A stretch of 64,000 nucleotides of DNA from Diplonema japonicum (Eukaryota > Protista > Euglenozoa: Diplonemea): positions 124,001-188,000 of the forward strand of contig OZ025684.1 of NCBI GenBank assembly GCA_964019335.1, given 5' to 3'. Positions 45,078 through 55,651 of the stretch are shown one piece after another (positions within the stretch are counted from its first letter, which is position 1; the number at the start of each line of letters is the position of its first letter). Both the position numbers and the translations under genes were made by a program. Below the pieces are notes generated by a model that saw only the letters and a list, made by a program, of their open reading frames with translations, had not been told where the DNA came from and made no database searches.

Positions 45078-47462
45078 TCACATTCCGGATTCACTTGAGT
45101 CGCTGAACTCTTCATCATCACTAATAACCACCTCACCACTTTTCTTCTGGTGCTCAGCTGCCACCCGCCACAGGTGCTTCATCTGAACGGTATCGGGCTG
45201 AACCGAGGACATTGGCAGTCCAGCCGGGTTCTCCCATTTATGTATGAACATCTTTAATAGCATCAGGGATTGATGGTATTTTCCGGATCTGAATGTTTTG
45301 AAGAAGTTGTTTATCGCCTCCTCTCTTGCGCACTGTAGTTCTGTCTGGTCGATGTGTTTATCTTTGCACAGTTTTTTCTTCCGCTTCTTTTTCGAGCTAG
45401 TTTGGCTGCCCTCCACGTTCCGCTTCGGCGCGCACATAAGATTCTCCTCAGTAAACAATTTCCCAGACAAAACGTCATTGTCCGGCTGATCATCATCAAC
45501 TTTGAACTTATTATTCCCGTCAACCTTCATCGTGGCCGAAAAATCGACTTCTTCCACAAGAGCATAGACAACACTACTGTCCACGATGGCGTAAGGCTGA
45601 ACCTTCCAGGGTATATTCGTCATGCCTATTCTGTTAATCGCCGAGGAACCGACAACGTTGATCTGCAGCATCTGCGCGATCCGCAAAAGCTTCAACAGCT
45701 GCGAGAAACCCGAACCGCAAAAAAACTGAAACGAATGCATCCCGGTTGATATGGGACCCTTCGTGAACTTGTTGTAAGTGATCCCCATATAGTAAGAAGG
45801 CTGCGCTAAATGAATATCATACGCCGTACGGCAAGCTCTGGTAACAGCAGACTTCGGCCGTTTCAACCTGAAATCAATTAAAGCGGCTACTGGGGTGAAC
45901 ATATGAAGCCGTCCCTGATGAGGTCCTGCACAGCATATCAACGCGGCAAGCATATCTGAAGCTGCAGCTTCTGTATTTGCGTGTCTGTTGAAACATGTGG
46001 TGTCAACGGCTAGTAAAACCAACTTGCATGGGACGATTCGATACGTGATTAAAAGCTTTTTGTTGCCAGCGACGACTGCGTTGAAGGCGTCGGTATCGGA
46101 GCAAGTTGTTGATGTTGCGTTTGACATAGACAGCGTGATGGACGGCCTGCTGCCGGTGTTCATGGAGTTAAAATCCGGTTTGCTGTTCGTACTGACGGCT
46201 TTCGCCCCGCGGGGAGACCTTTGTTTCTTTTCTTTTTCCTCGTTGTTGTCCGTTGCCACACAGATCTCGTCAAGAGAGTCGAAGAAACACCAACAAGGGA
46301 TGAACGGCCGCAAAAAACACAGCGAGCTTGCAACAGAACGAAACGCAGCTTGCGTCAGCGTGCATCCATTTGTAACATCAGCGTGGCTCCAATTCGCGAC
46401 CGCCAGGCATTGCCGCGCGACCTCTGCTTCAACATCGTCGTCGAACTCCGCACGGAGCTGCGTTTTATGATTCTCCTCCTTTTTGAGCGTCACGAGGAGG
46501 GACAGCTTTAAAAAGACGTAGAACCATATGCAAACAACGACCGCGATCCACGGGGTGAGGGTTAACAGTGAATCCTTCACCTTCCTGTTCAAATCACCGT
46601 TTGCAGAGCGTTCCATCAACGCGAACTGAACATCGAGTGTGTCGAAAAACCCAGCGTAACCGTTCATGGAAACCGGTGGAAATAATACAGCATCGCTTCC
46701 ACGAAATAAAACAACAAGCGGGTTGATCTTCGGGAAATCGGTTCCGGCTGACCGTAGGCTAGTGTACATAAAGGTGGCGGCGTTGTGGATGTGCTCAGAC
46801 AATGAGGTTGATGGTATGGGTGCTGCAGCCAGAAGACCGTCGTTTTCTGCGAATATCTGTGAGAGCAGAGTTTGAGCAACATCCGCAGTGTGGTGAGTCT
46901 TGTCCTGCGGGACTTCGTTAAGCAGCCTCATCGCGAGCTTCAACAACCCTGACATCACGGCTCCTGTCAGGAGAAGACTCTCAGACAGATCTGTTTCGTT
47001 TGAACGTATTGTTGTGAAATACTCGTCGGTCAACAGGCCTTCGATGGCAGGGAAGAAATATTCTGGAGCGCTGCCGTATCCGTCAGAGTGGAGCAATAAG
47101 TATTTTTCATAGTTCGTCGTGTTCTGAAGGTTCGGGATTCGGTGGTCTACATGAGATGTTGAGTATACAGTGATCTCGTCTGTTACGCAGTTTGCTACTC
47201 TTGTTACGGCAGAGACTAACTTGCCGATTTTGTGGTTTTTATCTTGGAGGTCGGAGTTTGAAAAGGCTACTACCAGGCCGTAGAGGAATAGGGCGCTTGC
47301 TGATAGTATGTACCCTGTGCCTACTAGTACAACGGTGGTTCTGGGGTCGGATTTGGAGTCGTTGGGTGTGTTGTGGAGGGAAGAATCGTCGCTTATGGTG
47401 GATGTTTCTTCTTCTGTGCTTTCTGTGCTTTCCTCTTGATCTGTTCTTTTGGAATCCGACAT
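45078..47462 (-). CDS. Two-TM receptor-like protein with a highly degenerate cyclase-like domain
   Basis: 794 aa ORF with two TMs; LRPFIP linker as in the other cyclases; GPISTGMHSFQFFCG in the cyclase-fold position. Confidence 0.7.
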   Translation of the reverse strand: MSDSKRTDQEESTESTEEETSTISDDSSLHNTPNDSKSDPRTTVVLVGTGYILSASALFLYGLVVAFSNSDLQDKNHKIGKLVSAVTRVANCVTDEITVYSTSHVDHRIPNLQNTTNYEKYLLLHSDGYGSAPEYFFPAIEGLLTDEYFTTIRSNETDLSESLLLTGAVMSGLLKLAMRLLNEVPQDKTHHTADVAQTLLSQIFAENDGLLAAAPIPSTSLSEHIHNAATFMYTSLRSAGTDFPKINPLVVLFRGSDAVLFPPVSMNGYAGFFDTLDVQFALMERSANGDLNRKVKDSLLTLTPWIAVVVCIWFYVFLKLSLLVTLKKEENHKTQLRAEFDDDVEAEVARQCLAVANWSHADVTNGCTLTQAAFRSVASSLCFLRPFIPCWCFFDSLDEICVATDNNEEKEKKQRSPRGAKAVSTNSKPDFNSMNTGSRPSITLSMSNATSTTCSDTDAFNAVVAGNKKLLITYRIVPCKLVLLAVDTTCFNRHANTEAAASDMLAALICCAGPHQGRLHMFTPVAALIDFRLKRPKSAVTRACRTAYDIHLAQPSYYMGITYNKFTKGPISTGMHSFQFFCGSGFSQLLKLLRIAQMLQINVVGSSAINRIGMTNIPWKVQPYAIVDSSVVYALVEEVDFSATMKVDGNNKFKVDDDQPDNDVLSGKLFTEENLMCAPKRNVEGSQTSSKKKRKKKLCKDKHIDQTELQCAREEAINNFFKTFRSGKYHQSLMLLKMFIHKWENPAGLPMSSVQPDTVQMKHLWRVAAEHQKKSGEVVISDDEEFSDSSESGM

Positions 47463-47656
47463 TTCTTTTTTTTCTTCTCCCCCTTCCTCCGTTCCCCTCC
47501 CCTCCTTTTTTTTTTTGTGTGTCCCGTTGATTGGAATTTAAAAAAAAAAAAAAAAAAGAATCGGGTTTTTTTTTTTTTTTTTTTTTGTTTTGTTTTGTTG
47601 CACGATGTATATTTTTATTCTTACACAATAACCAGAAGGTCCTACTGCCTCCTTTC

Positions 47657-47691
<35 letters not shown>

Positions 47692-48033
47692 ATGTGTTTC
47701 CTTGGTTTGTGTTGTTTCTCGTCCTTTTTATTTATTTTATTCCTCTTCTTTTTTTTCTTTTTCTTTTTCACTTTTTGTTTTTCTTTTCGGACGTGGCCCC
47801 CCCCCCCCTTCCGGGGGAGGTGGGAAAAAAAAAGAAGAGAAAAGTCCAAAAAAAAAAGGGAAAAAAAAGGAGAAAAAAAAAAAGGAGAAAAAAAAAAAAG
47901 ACAAGAAGAAAAAGACAAGAAAATGAGAGAAGAAAAAATGAGTTGTTCTATTATTAAAAGAACCACCCCCAAAAAAAAAAGGAAAGACAAAACAAGCAAA
48001 AAAAAAAAAAAAAAAAAAAAAAACCACCTTTAA

Positions 48034-48168
48034 CCCTTAATGGACGGGGAAAATGCGCTCTGCAACTTCGGCAGCCTTTACGCACCTTCATATAAACTGC
48101 TTCGAGGGGCGGTCGAATAATTAGTTTTTAAATTTAAAAACTAATTAATCAGCGATCCATCCATTAAG
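48034..48168. mobile_element. TTAA-flanked piggyBac-like MITE
   Basis: TTAA|CCCTTAATGGACGG...CCATCCATTAAG|TTAA. Confidence 0.6.
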
Positions 48169-48445
48169 TTAATCAGAGCTAGCAGCTAAAGGTATGGGAA
48201 AAGAGGAAGAGCAAGGGTGTGGACTGGGGTACGCATCAAGAATATGATAACCCGTACCCCAAGGAAAGACGTAAGAGACGGATAAAAAAAAGAAAATACA
48301 AAAAAAAGTTTTTTTTTTGCCACCCATAGAGTGGTTGGTACTTGTTTATGTTGATTCGTACACATATATTTGTGTTTTATTTATAAGTTTTAAGGAATTC
48401 TTTACAACCCAGATCTCCAAGACACGTCACAAGAAAGTTTGCCGG

Positions 48446-48485
<40 letters not shown>

Positions 48486-49883
48486 CTGAGAGGGAAAAAA
48501 AAAAAAAAGAGGAAAACTGGCCATAATTTGTACGTGCCGGGTAGAAACCTAGAGAAGCTTAAGCCCGAAACACGCCCCTTTATGCTTAGACGTCAGAGTC
48601 AAAGACTCGTTCTTGCAAAAAGAGGAAAAAAAGAAATTGGGGAGAAAGAAAAGAGCGAAACAAAAATATAATATGGCAAAGCTCTTTCGTTCTTTTTTAG
48701 GTTTAGAAGTCCTTACTCAGCACAAAGAGCGCAAGTAGTCATCTTTAACCATATTGCATTTTGAATATAAAAAGAAACTGAAGGTTCATATGCCGCGTAA
48801 GTTTGTTGGCACGCGAACTTGTCCTTTTACAGTGTTCTTTCTTTTCCGAATCTTTGGGTACTAAAGTACCTAGAAAAAAAAATTAATAGATTTTCGCTTT
48901 TTTTTTTTTTTCCTTTCTTTTTTTTCTCCTTTTTCTTTTCATTTGAAAAATCTTTGAATTCAAAAAAAAAGAGAACAGAAAAATTGATGTTAACCACATA
49001 AATGCTGGCGACCTTTGGGTTGCCTCGTACAAAAAAAAAAGAAAAGAAAATCATAATAATGAGGGAGAGAAGAAGTAGTACGTGCTCCTTTATTTAGCTT
49101 TTAGAGTCCTGTTTTTTTTTTTTTTCTTTTCCCGGTGGGCACCCAACGCATACTGAAATTTATCAAATTTCTTTTTTTTTTTTCTTCTCTTTTTCAGAAG
49201 GCTAAATCGAATTAGCGAAACAAATGTGGAAAACAAAACAAAAAATAAAAGAAAACCATGGGAAAAAAAAAAAAAATTCTTTTCGATTTTTTTTTTTTTT
49301 TTTTCTCGACAATTAAATTTGTTCAAAACAGTTTGACTGTTGTTTGTGCACAGCCAGTGTTAACCTGTAGGAGGATAAGCCCAAAACAATGCTTTACTTT
49401 TCATGTAAAAAAAAAAAAAACTTTTTTTACACCCCTTTCGGGTGCGGGAAAAGAAGAAAAAAACTCGATCTATTTTTGCGGTGTGCTGTTGCTTCCCACC
49501 GTGGACTTGCATCCTGGTGCTGGCCGTCGAGGCTTGCCCTACAGTCATGGTTGGCATCTGCGCTAAGAGGCCGCAATCGGGTGGTAGACGAGAAAAGGGA
49601 AAAAAAAGAATATAAAATATGTGACTTAAAAGATGTGTTCTTGTCAAAAAAAAAGAAATAGAAAAGAAGAAAAGAGAAGAGGCAATTTACCCGCTCAGAG
49701 TAACCGTGAAAATGAGAAAAGGGGAAGCATCCCTCTCTTTTTCGCGCTTGCCAACGAACGCAACCCATTCTCCTTTTTCTTTCATTCTTTATTCTATTTC
49801 TCAGATTTCTCCCCCTTTTTTTTTTTTTTTTTTAATTTATTCATGCTTCAGACAGTTTTTTTAAAAAAGCACAAAAAAATGTT

Positions 49884-49921
<38 letters not shown>

Positions 49922-49964
49922 AAAATATGAGAGAATTGTAAGAAAACAAAAAGAAAAAAAAAAC

Positions 49965-50405
49965 TTAATTAAAGGCACACCCACGGTCCCACGAATAAGG
50001 ATCGTTCCTATAATACACCCTGGGACAACGGTCCTCGTCTTGAGATAGAGAAGCTGATGAAGAAGAAGTTGACTCGTCTAAAGAAAATCGTTCCTTGAGC
50101 TTTCCAGCTTTCTTTTGGTTTACTCCGCCAAGGACAGAGACGCCATGAGCCCTTACACGGTCCTCTAGAGGTACCTTCCTCATGAAGACATGAAGATACC
50201 TGCAGCTTGCTCCCCTCCGGCATGTACCAGCGTCAAAGGACGTACAACGCACCTTGTTCCAAACAAGGCCAACTGGCAGCCGCCACTGGCTTTGGCACAA
50301 CCTGCACCGGAGCGTCATTTTTTGCTTACTGACCCTCACGTTGTCCCAGGTGTTGTGGTCACAACTTTTTTGTTCCAACACTTCATGTGGGGTGGATGTC
50401 GACAT
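49965..50405 (-). CDS. Small Cys/His zinc-finger-like protein
   Basis: CDHNTWDNVRV...LRCRLCQSQW, CCCH finger, C-terminal YRNDPY; paralog of 8713-9201. Confidence 0.78.
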   Translation of the reverse strand: MSTSTPHEVLEQKSCDHNTWDNVRVSKQKMTLRCRLCQSQWRLPVGLVWNKVRCTSFDAGTCRRGASCRYLHVFMRKVPLEDRVRAHGVSVLGGVNQKKAGKLKERFSLDESTSSSSASLSQDEDRCPRVYYRNDPYSWDRGCAFN

Positions 50406-50830
50406 TTTTTTTTTTTTTTTTTTTTTTGAAGAATACCTTTTTTTTTTCTCGTTTTTTTTTTTCTTCTTGAAACTCTAAAAAAAAAAAATAAATAAATAAA
50501 TCACCATATGATGGGAAGAAAAAAAAAAGGGGGAGTAAAAAAAATGGGGGAAACGGGAGAAGGGGGAAAGAAAAAAAAATATCGTTTAGCAAAACCGAAT
50601 GTCCATAAAAAAAAATAGTACATAAAAACATAGAATAGAATAGAAAGAGAGAGGGGGGGGGGGAGAAAAGAAAAAAGACGTTAAAAAATAAGGCCATAAT
50701 CGTGCGAAGGGTCTGGAAGGAAAAAGGGTGGGGTGGGGGGAACACTTTTCTTTATTTTTTTGAAGACTTTTTGAATGGAAAGGTCATCCCAGTCCAAACA
50801 TCAGCAGGGCAGTTTCTAAAAAGGTTTTAA

Positions 50831-51377
50831 CCATTAAAAGACGAAGCGCTAGATATCTAGCGATCAAAAAAATAAAATTTTTGTATAGGCATTTTAAGTA
50901 CCATGCACAGAATGACCCAGTTCCGCGATTTCTTTTCGAAAATCACTTTTGGCCCCTAGACTAACCTCCAAAAACACCCTCGAAACCAGTTTTTGGTGGC
51001 ACGAAAACTCAGATGAGCAGTACTGATTCAGACGAGTTCGGGAGTGCCAAAGGGGACATTCTCACTGACGATGGGACCTCACCTAGCGCCAGTAGTGACG
51101 AGAAGAGTGAAAATATGCCCTGGGAGAGCGATATTACGCAGGTTACGCGTAAGAAGTGACAGGGCACAGGGGGGGCAGAAATCACCCTTTTCCCACATGA
51201 GTGCATCAAGGATTTCCAAGCTGTTCATCTCAATGGGGTTTTGTCCCTCCTGGGTGATGTATTTTCTTTTACACAAGCGTCGTTCTATGGTTGCATGCTC
51301 GAGGATGTTTTAATTTTAGAAAATAAAAAAGTCGATGGTGACCTTTTTTTTGCCCAAAAACCCCCGTCCTTTAATGG
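50831..51377. mobile_element. piggyBac-like non-autonomous element
   Basis: TTAA|CCATTAAAAGACG...CGTCCTTTAATGG|TTAA. Confidence 0.8.
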
Positions 51378-51850
51378 TTAATTATATATATAGAGCCCGT
51401 CACGAAGAAAATATCAACACTTTTTTGGGCACCTCCGAAAGGGAGCAAAGGCAGCATGCAACCATAAGAAGATGACATATATTTATTGGTGTACCTGTTG
51501 CCGTTCTTTCAATTGCGATGCCTGTTTTGCCATGAGGGTGGCAGGCGGGAAGCGAAAAACAGAGGTCAGAAAAATGGCTTGCTTAAAATGCAGCATCTAG
51601 GGTGCCTAAAATTGGTGCTCAAGCGCACTTGTGTGACCGGGTACAACCAGGTCGGGTTACTGTTAAAAGTACTTAGCGAAAAATATATGGTGTCGCATAG
51701 CCCCGAAAATCCAGTTTTTTACACCCTATTTTTTGGCTTTTTCAAGGGGTTCCCAAGGGAAATTTAACGGGGGTTTTCTGCCGCATAGGAGGGTCATTTG
51801 TTGACATTCTTTTCCGGACGAGCTCATATTAAAAAAAAAAAAAAAAAAAA

Positions 51851-52164
51851 TGGGGCTTTGATTGCAACACTAGGTGGCGTTAAGCGTGCAACGAAGCACG
51901 AACTACCTACTTGATTACAGGGGGCGCTCCTCGGCCGAGCAGTAGCTTCTTCTGCGTTCCGCGTCGTGCGGTGTGCTCAACCCTAGCCGGGTCGTCCCGG
52001 GTAACCAAGATTCTGCGCTCGTGCAGTTTGCTGCCTGTTCGTCACCCTGAGCATCTGCGTTACGTTCTTCCACTCGGGCGCTATCGGTGATGACCGACGA
52101 GGAGGTCAACAGCGAACAACACATCTGATGTACTTCTTATATTTCCATGTTATCCCCACCACCT
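51851..52164 (-). mobile_element. Family R element, full length
   Basis: Nearly identical to 31762-32089 except a short deletion between CGTG microhomologies. Confidence 0.88.
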
Positions 52165-53334
52165 AAAAAAAAGAAAAAGAGACATTTAAAAAAAAAGAAG
52201 GGAGAAAATCAAGCCACTGTATCTCTAAAATCCTGTCCGGCACCAGCTCAAAATTACAAAAAAGAAAATCGACGGTTTCTAGAGATATGGTGGTAAAAAA
52301 AAAAAAAAAAAAAAAAAAAAGATCCAGTTCTGTGGACGCGTTGCGTAGAAGGGGGAGGAGGGAGGAAGAAGGAAAATAATTCATAACATACAAAATAAAA
52401 TAAAAAAGAAGAAGAAGAAGAAGAAGAAAGACGAAACAACGAACGAAAACTCGGTAAAATTTCAGTGTGCAGTGGAGAAAAAAAAGGGGGGGGAATAAAA
52501 AAGCGGGGAAAAGAGAAAAAAAATCGAACAGACATCTGTGGCCCTAATAATTTTCCAGAAAAAAAAAAAGAGAGAAAAAGAAAATGTTAGTTGAAAAAGG
52601 ATCCAAGGAAGAGAGCAAAGCTAACTAACCAGTAATTCTTCTTCTTTTTCTCATTTTTTTTCTTCCCCCCCCCCCTCCCTCTCTTTCGTTTTTGGAAAAT
52701 TTGAGAAGATGGCCATTAATTAGCGGTCTTTTTTTTATTTTATTTTTTTTTTTTTCTCTCTCTTTTTTTTTTTCTTTCTAGCAGCTGGGAAAATGGGGAG
52801 GAAGATTGGAAGAAAAAGAAAAAGAAAAAAAAGAATTATTCAGCTTAGTGGGAGAAGTAAAACATTTTAACATTTTGATCTTAATGTGCCCGCGACGCCG
52901 CATCACACAAGAAAGCACTCTTAAAGGGCCGACCACAGGCAGGAACCTGTGGCAAAACCCCCCCCAAAAAAAAGAATAAAGACCTCCAGATGCAGGGAAA
53001 GCATTTGGCATTCTGCGGAGGCTGTGGGGGAATAAGAGCTGCCTGCCGTGTGCACTCAGAAAACTGTCAACAAGAAAATAATGTTCATAAAGGCAGGGGG
53101 TTAGTTATTCATTATTTTTTTTTTTTTTTATTTATTTAATTCTGAGCAGTACTCGTATAAAGCGTTGCTGGGTGAAAAAAAGAGGCCGAAACAGTGAAGG
53201 ATGACACACCCCTTTGATACAGCCCACTTCAACTGTATGTCAACATCCGCTCACCGAAGTAGCAGCGAACTACACTCCAGCACACAAATTCTTTGCGAGA
53301 GCATCTCATCATCATTAAATAAAATTCTGTATGG

Positions 53335-53379
53335 AATAAATAATCAGATAGCCTGACTCGCTTCGCTCGTGAAGTAAGG

Positions 53380-53413
<34 letters not shown>

Positions 53414-53470
53414 GAGTCAAAAAAAAAGGGTACCCCACAGTGAAATCAGGCTATCTGATTTTTTTTATTT
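53335..53470. repeat. Inverted-repeat element
   Basis: AATCAGATAGCCTGA (53342) versus TCAGGCTATCTGATT (ends 53460). Confidence 0.65.
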
Positions 53471-53940
53471 CAATAAAATAGATTTTTCTTCTTCTTTTTT
53501 TTCTTTTTTTTTTTCTTCTTCGGATTTCTAATGTGAAGACTTACCTTTTGTAAGAAAGAAAGAAAAAAAAAAAAAAAAAAAAGAGGTTTTCATTACTCCT
53601 TTTACGGTGCTTTTGGTTTGTTCTGTCAGCGACAGTCACCCGCATCAACCTCTGCAAGCAAGTGCAGTCCTTTGTGCAACGTCCTATCCACACTACGGGG
53701 CCGTTCTTTGAAGACCGCGGTGAGCAGTGTAAGGAATTTAAAAGACATCACTTTTTTTTCTCTTTTTAATGAACTATGATATATGTAGTGAAGAAGAACA
53801 GAGGGGGGGGGGGGGGGGAACAAGAAAACTTTAAAAAAGAGAAACCTTTTCTCTCTCCCCTCCCCCCGCCCTCTTTTTCTTCTTCCTTTTTAAAAAAAAA
53901 ATGACGAAAAACAAATTTTTAACAAATTCTGTTCCCTGTC

Positions 53941-53971
<31 letters not shown>

Positions 53972-54699
53972 AGCTATTTTGTAAAAGGTCCAATGATTTG
54001 GATGAGGGTGCCACCAGATATAAAAAAAAAAAAAAAGAATATAAAAAAGCCCGGGTGTGTAGTGGCACCAGAGTGGTGTAGAAGCAGAAAAAAAAAAAAA
54101 AAAAAAAAAAAAAAAGAAAAGAAAGATAAAATAGTATATAAGTATTGACATTGAGGTGAAAGTAGGAAGAATTTGTCATTGCCTGGTGCAGCGGGGGTAG
54201 AAACCTGGAGAATGTTTGTAACCCGTAAACACGTTGCCAACGTTCCCCTTTTGTTGACAAGTCAAAGACTCGCTCAAGCAAAAAAAAAAAGAAAATTATA
54301 AGTACTTTGAAGCAAGATCTGTGGTGCACCACTCCCTAGTGAGAGGTAAGGTGCACCCCACTACTGTTGAATCACTATAAGTATTTTGATAAGACAACGG
54401 TTGTGGAAAAGAAAAAAAGGGAAAAAGAAAAGTCATACACCACTTATCGCCACGGAGTCTAGTGCAGGCACAAGCTTATAAGCTTCCAGCTTGTTACAAT
54501 GCCTGCTACAACCCGGGTGAGGGAGGGGGGGGGGGGGGGGGGTGGTTCTGACGAATGTTCCAGTGTTCTTAAAAATTTCCCCTTGTCTGCAAATCTATTT
54601 TTTTCTGTCCCTAATTTTTTTTCTCTTTCCCCCCCCCCCCCCCCCCCACACACAAAAAAAAAAGTGGAAAAGGGAGGATACTGAAAAAAAAAAAAAATA

Positions 54700-55073
54700 C
54701 TGTAAAACAAAAAAAATCCGGAAGAGAAGAATATAATCTCTTATGTATCTTCCGACATTTTTCTCGGAATCTTTTTCAGCTGAGGGGCTTATGGTGATCA
54801 CTATCTTCAAGAAGAGGTCTGTTGTATGGCAGTTCTTTTCTTCTTTTTTTTTTTAAATTACTTCTTTTTCGACTTGCTAAGGCCGCACCCACTAGGTGGG
54901 TTGGAAGTGTCTCGAGACGCTCACCCTGTTGCCCGAGTACTCATGACCGTACTGGTGTTCTCTTCCCACAAGCTTTGCTGTAGTTTTGCCGTAGTTAAGG
55001 ACACCAACCAGCAGCAGGATGGGGTCAGCAGAACCGCTTTTTTTTCTCTCCCGAAATTTTTTCGCCTTTACAG
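54700..55073. mobile_element. pogo-family MITE
   Basis: TA|CTGTAAAACAAAAAAATCCGGAAGAG...CTCTCCCGAAATTTTTTCGCCTTTACAG|TA. Confidence 0.75.
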
Positions 55074-55530
55074 TATTTCTTTTTTTTTTGACTTTCTTTT
55101 CTTTTTTTTTTTTGTGCATGCGATACAAACCCTGAGATTAGTACTACCCGCAATTCTTTTTGTTTCTTTTTTTTTTTTTTTTTTTGTTTTTTTTTTTTCC
55201 TTCCGTTTTTCTTTTTACAAGAAATTGTACCGAACTTGTTAAGTATACCAAGTCTCGAGTCTGTGTGTCTCAAGTACCAGGGGGTGGTGGGTTTAAAAAA
55301 AAAAAAAAAAAAGACTTTTTTTTTCTTTTCTTTTTTTTTTTTTTTTTTACCATTAGTTTACTGTAAAAAAAACGAGGGGGAAAAAAAAAAGCAGCTCACT
55401 CTTCGTCATTTTCTTCACTGTATTACCTTAGGAAAATCCCCAAAAAGCTGACCTGCGTGAAAAAAAACAGCAGTGAAAGCGGTGTAGAGTGAGTGACTCA
55501 AATGACGAAAAGTGAAATAAAACGACTTAC

Positions 55531-55651
55531 TTGCCGCCAAATGAGTCATTATTTAACACTCGTTACCGTTTTTTTGCACGAGGGCCCGCAGGGCCCTCGT
55601 GCAAAAAATTCGGGAACTCGAGTTAAATAATGACTCATTATTTGTTGGCAA
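55531..55651. repeat. Long palindrome
   Basis: AATGAGTCATTATTTAAC...TTTTTTGCACGAGGGCCC-GCA-GGGCCCTCGTGCAAAAAA...GTTAAATAATGACTCATT. Confidence 0.9.
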
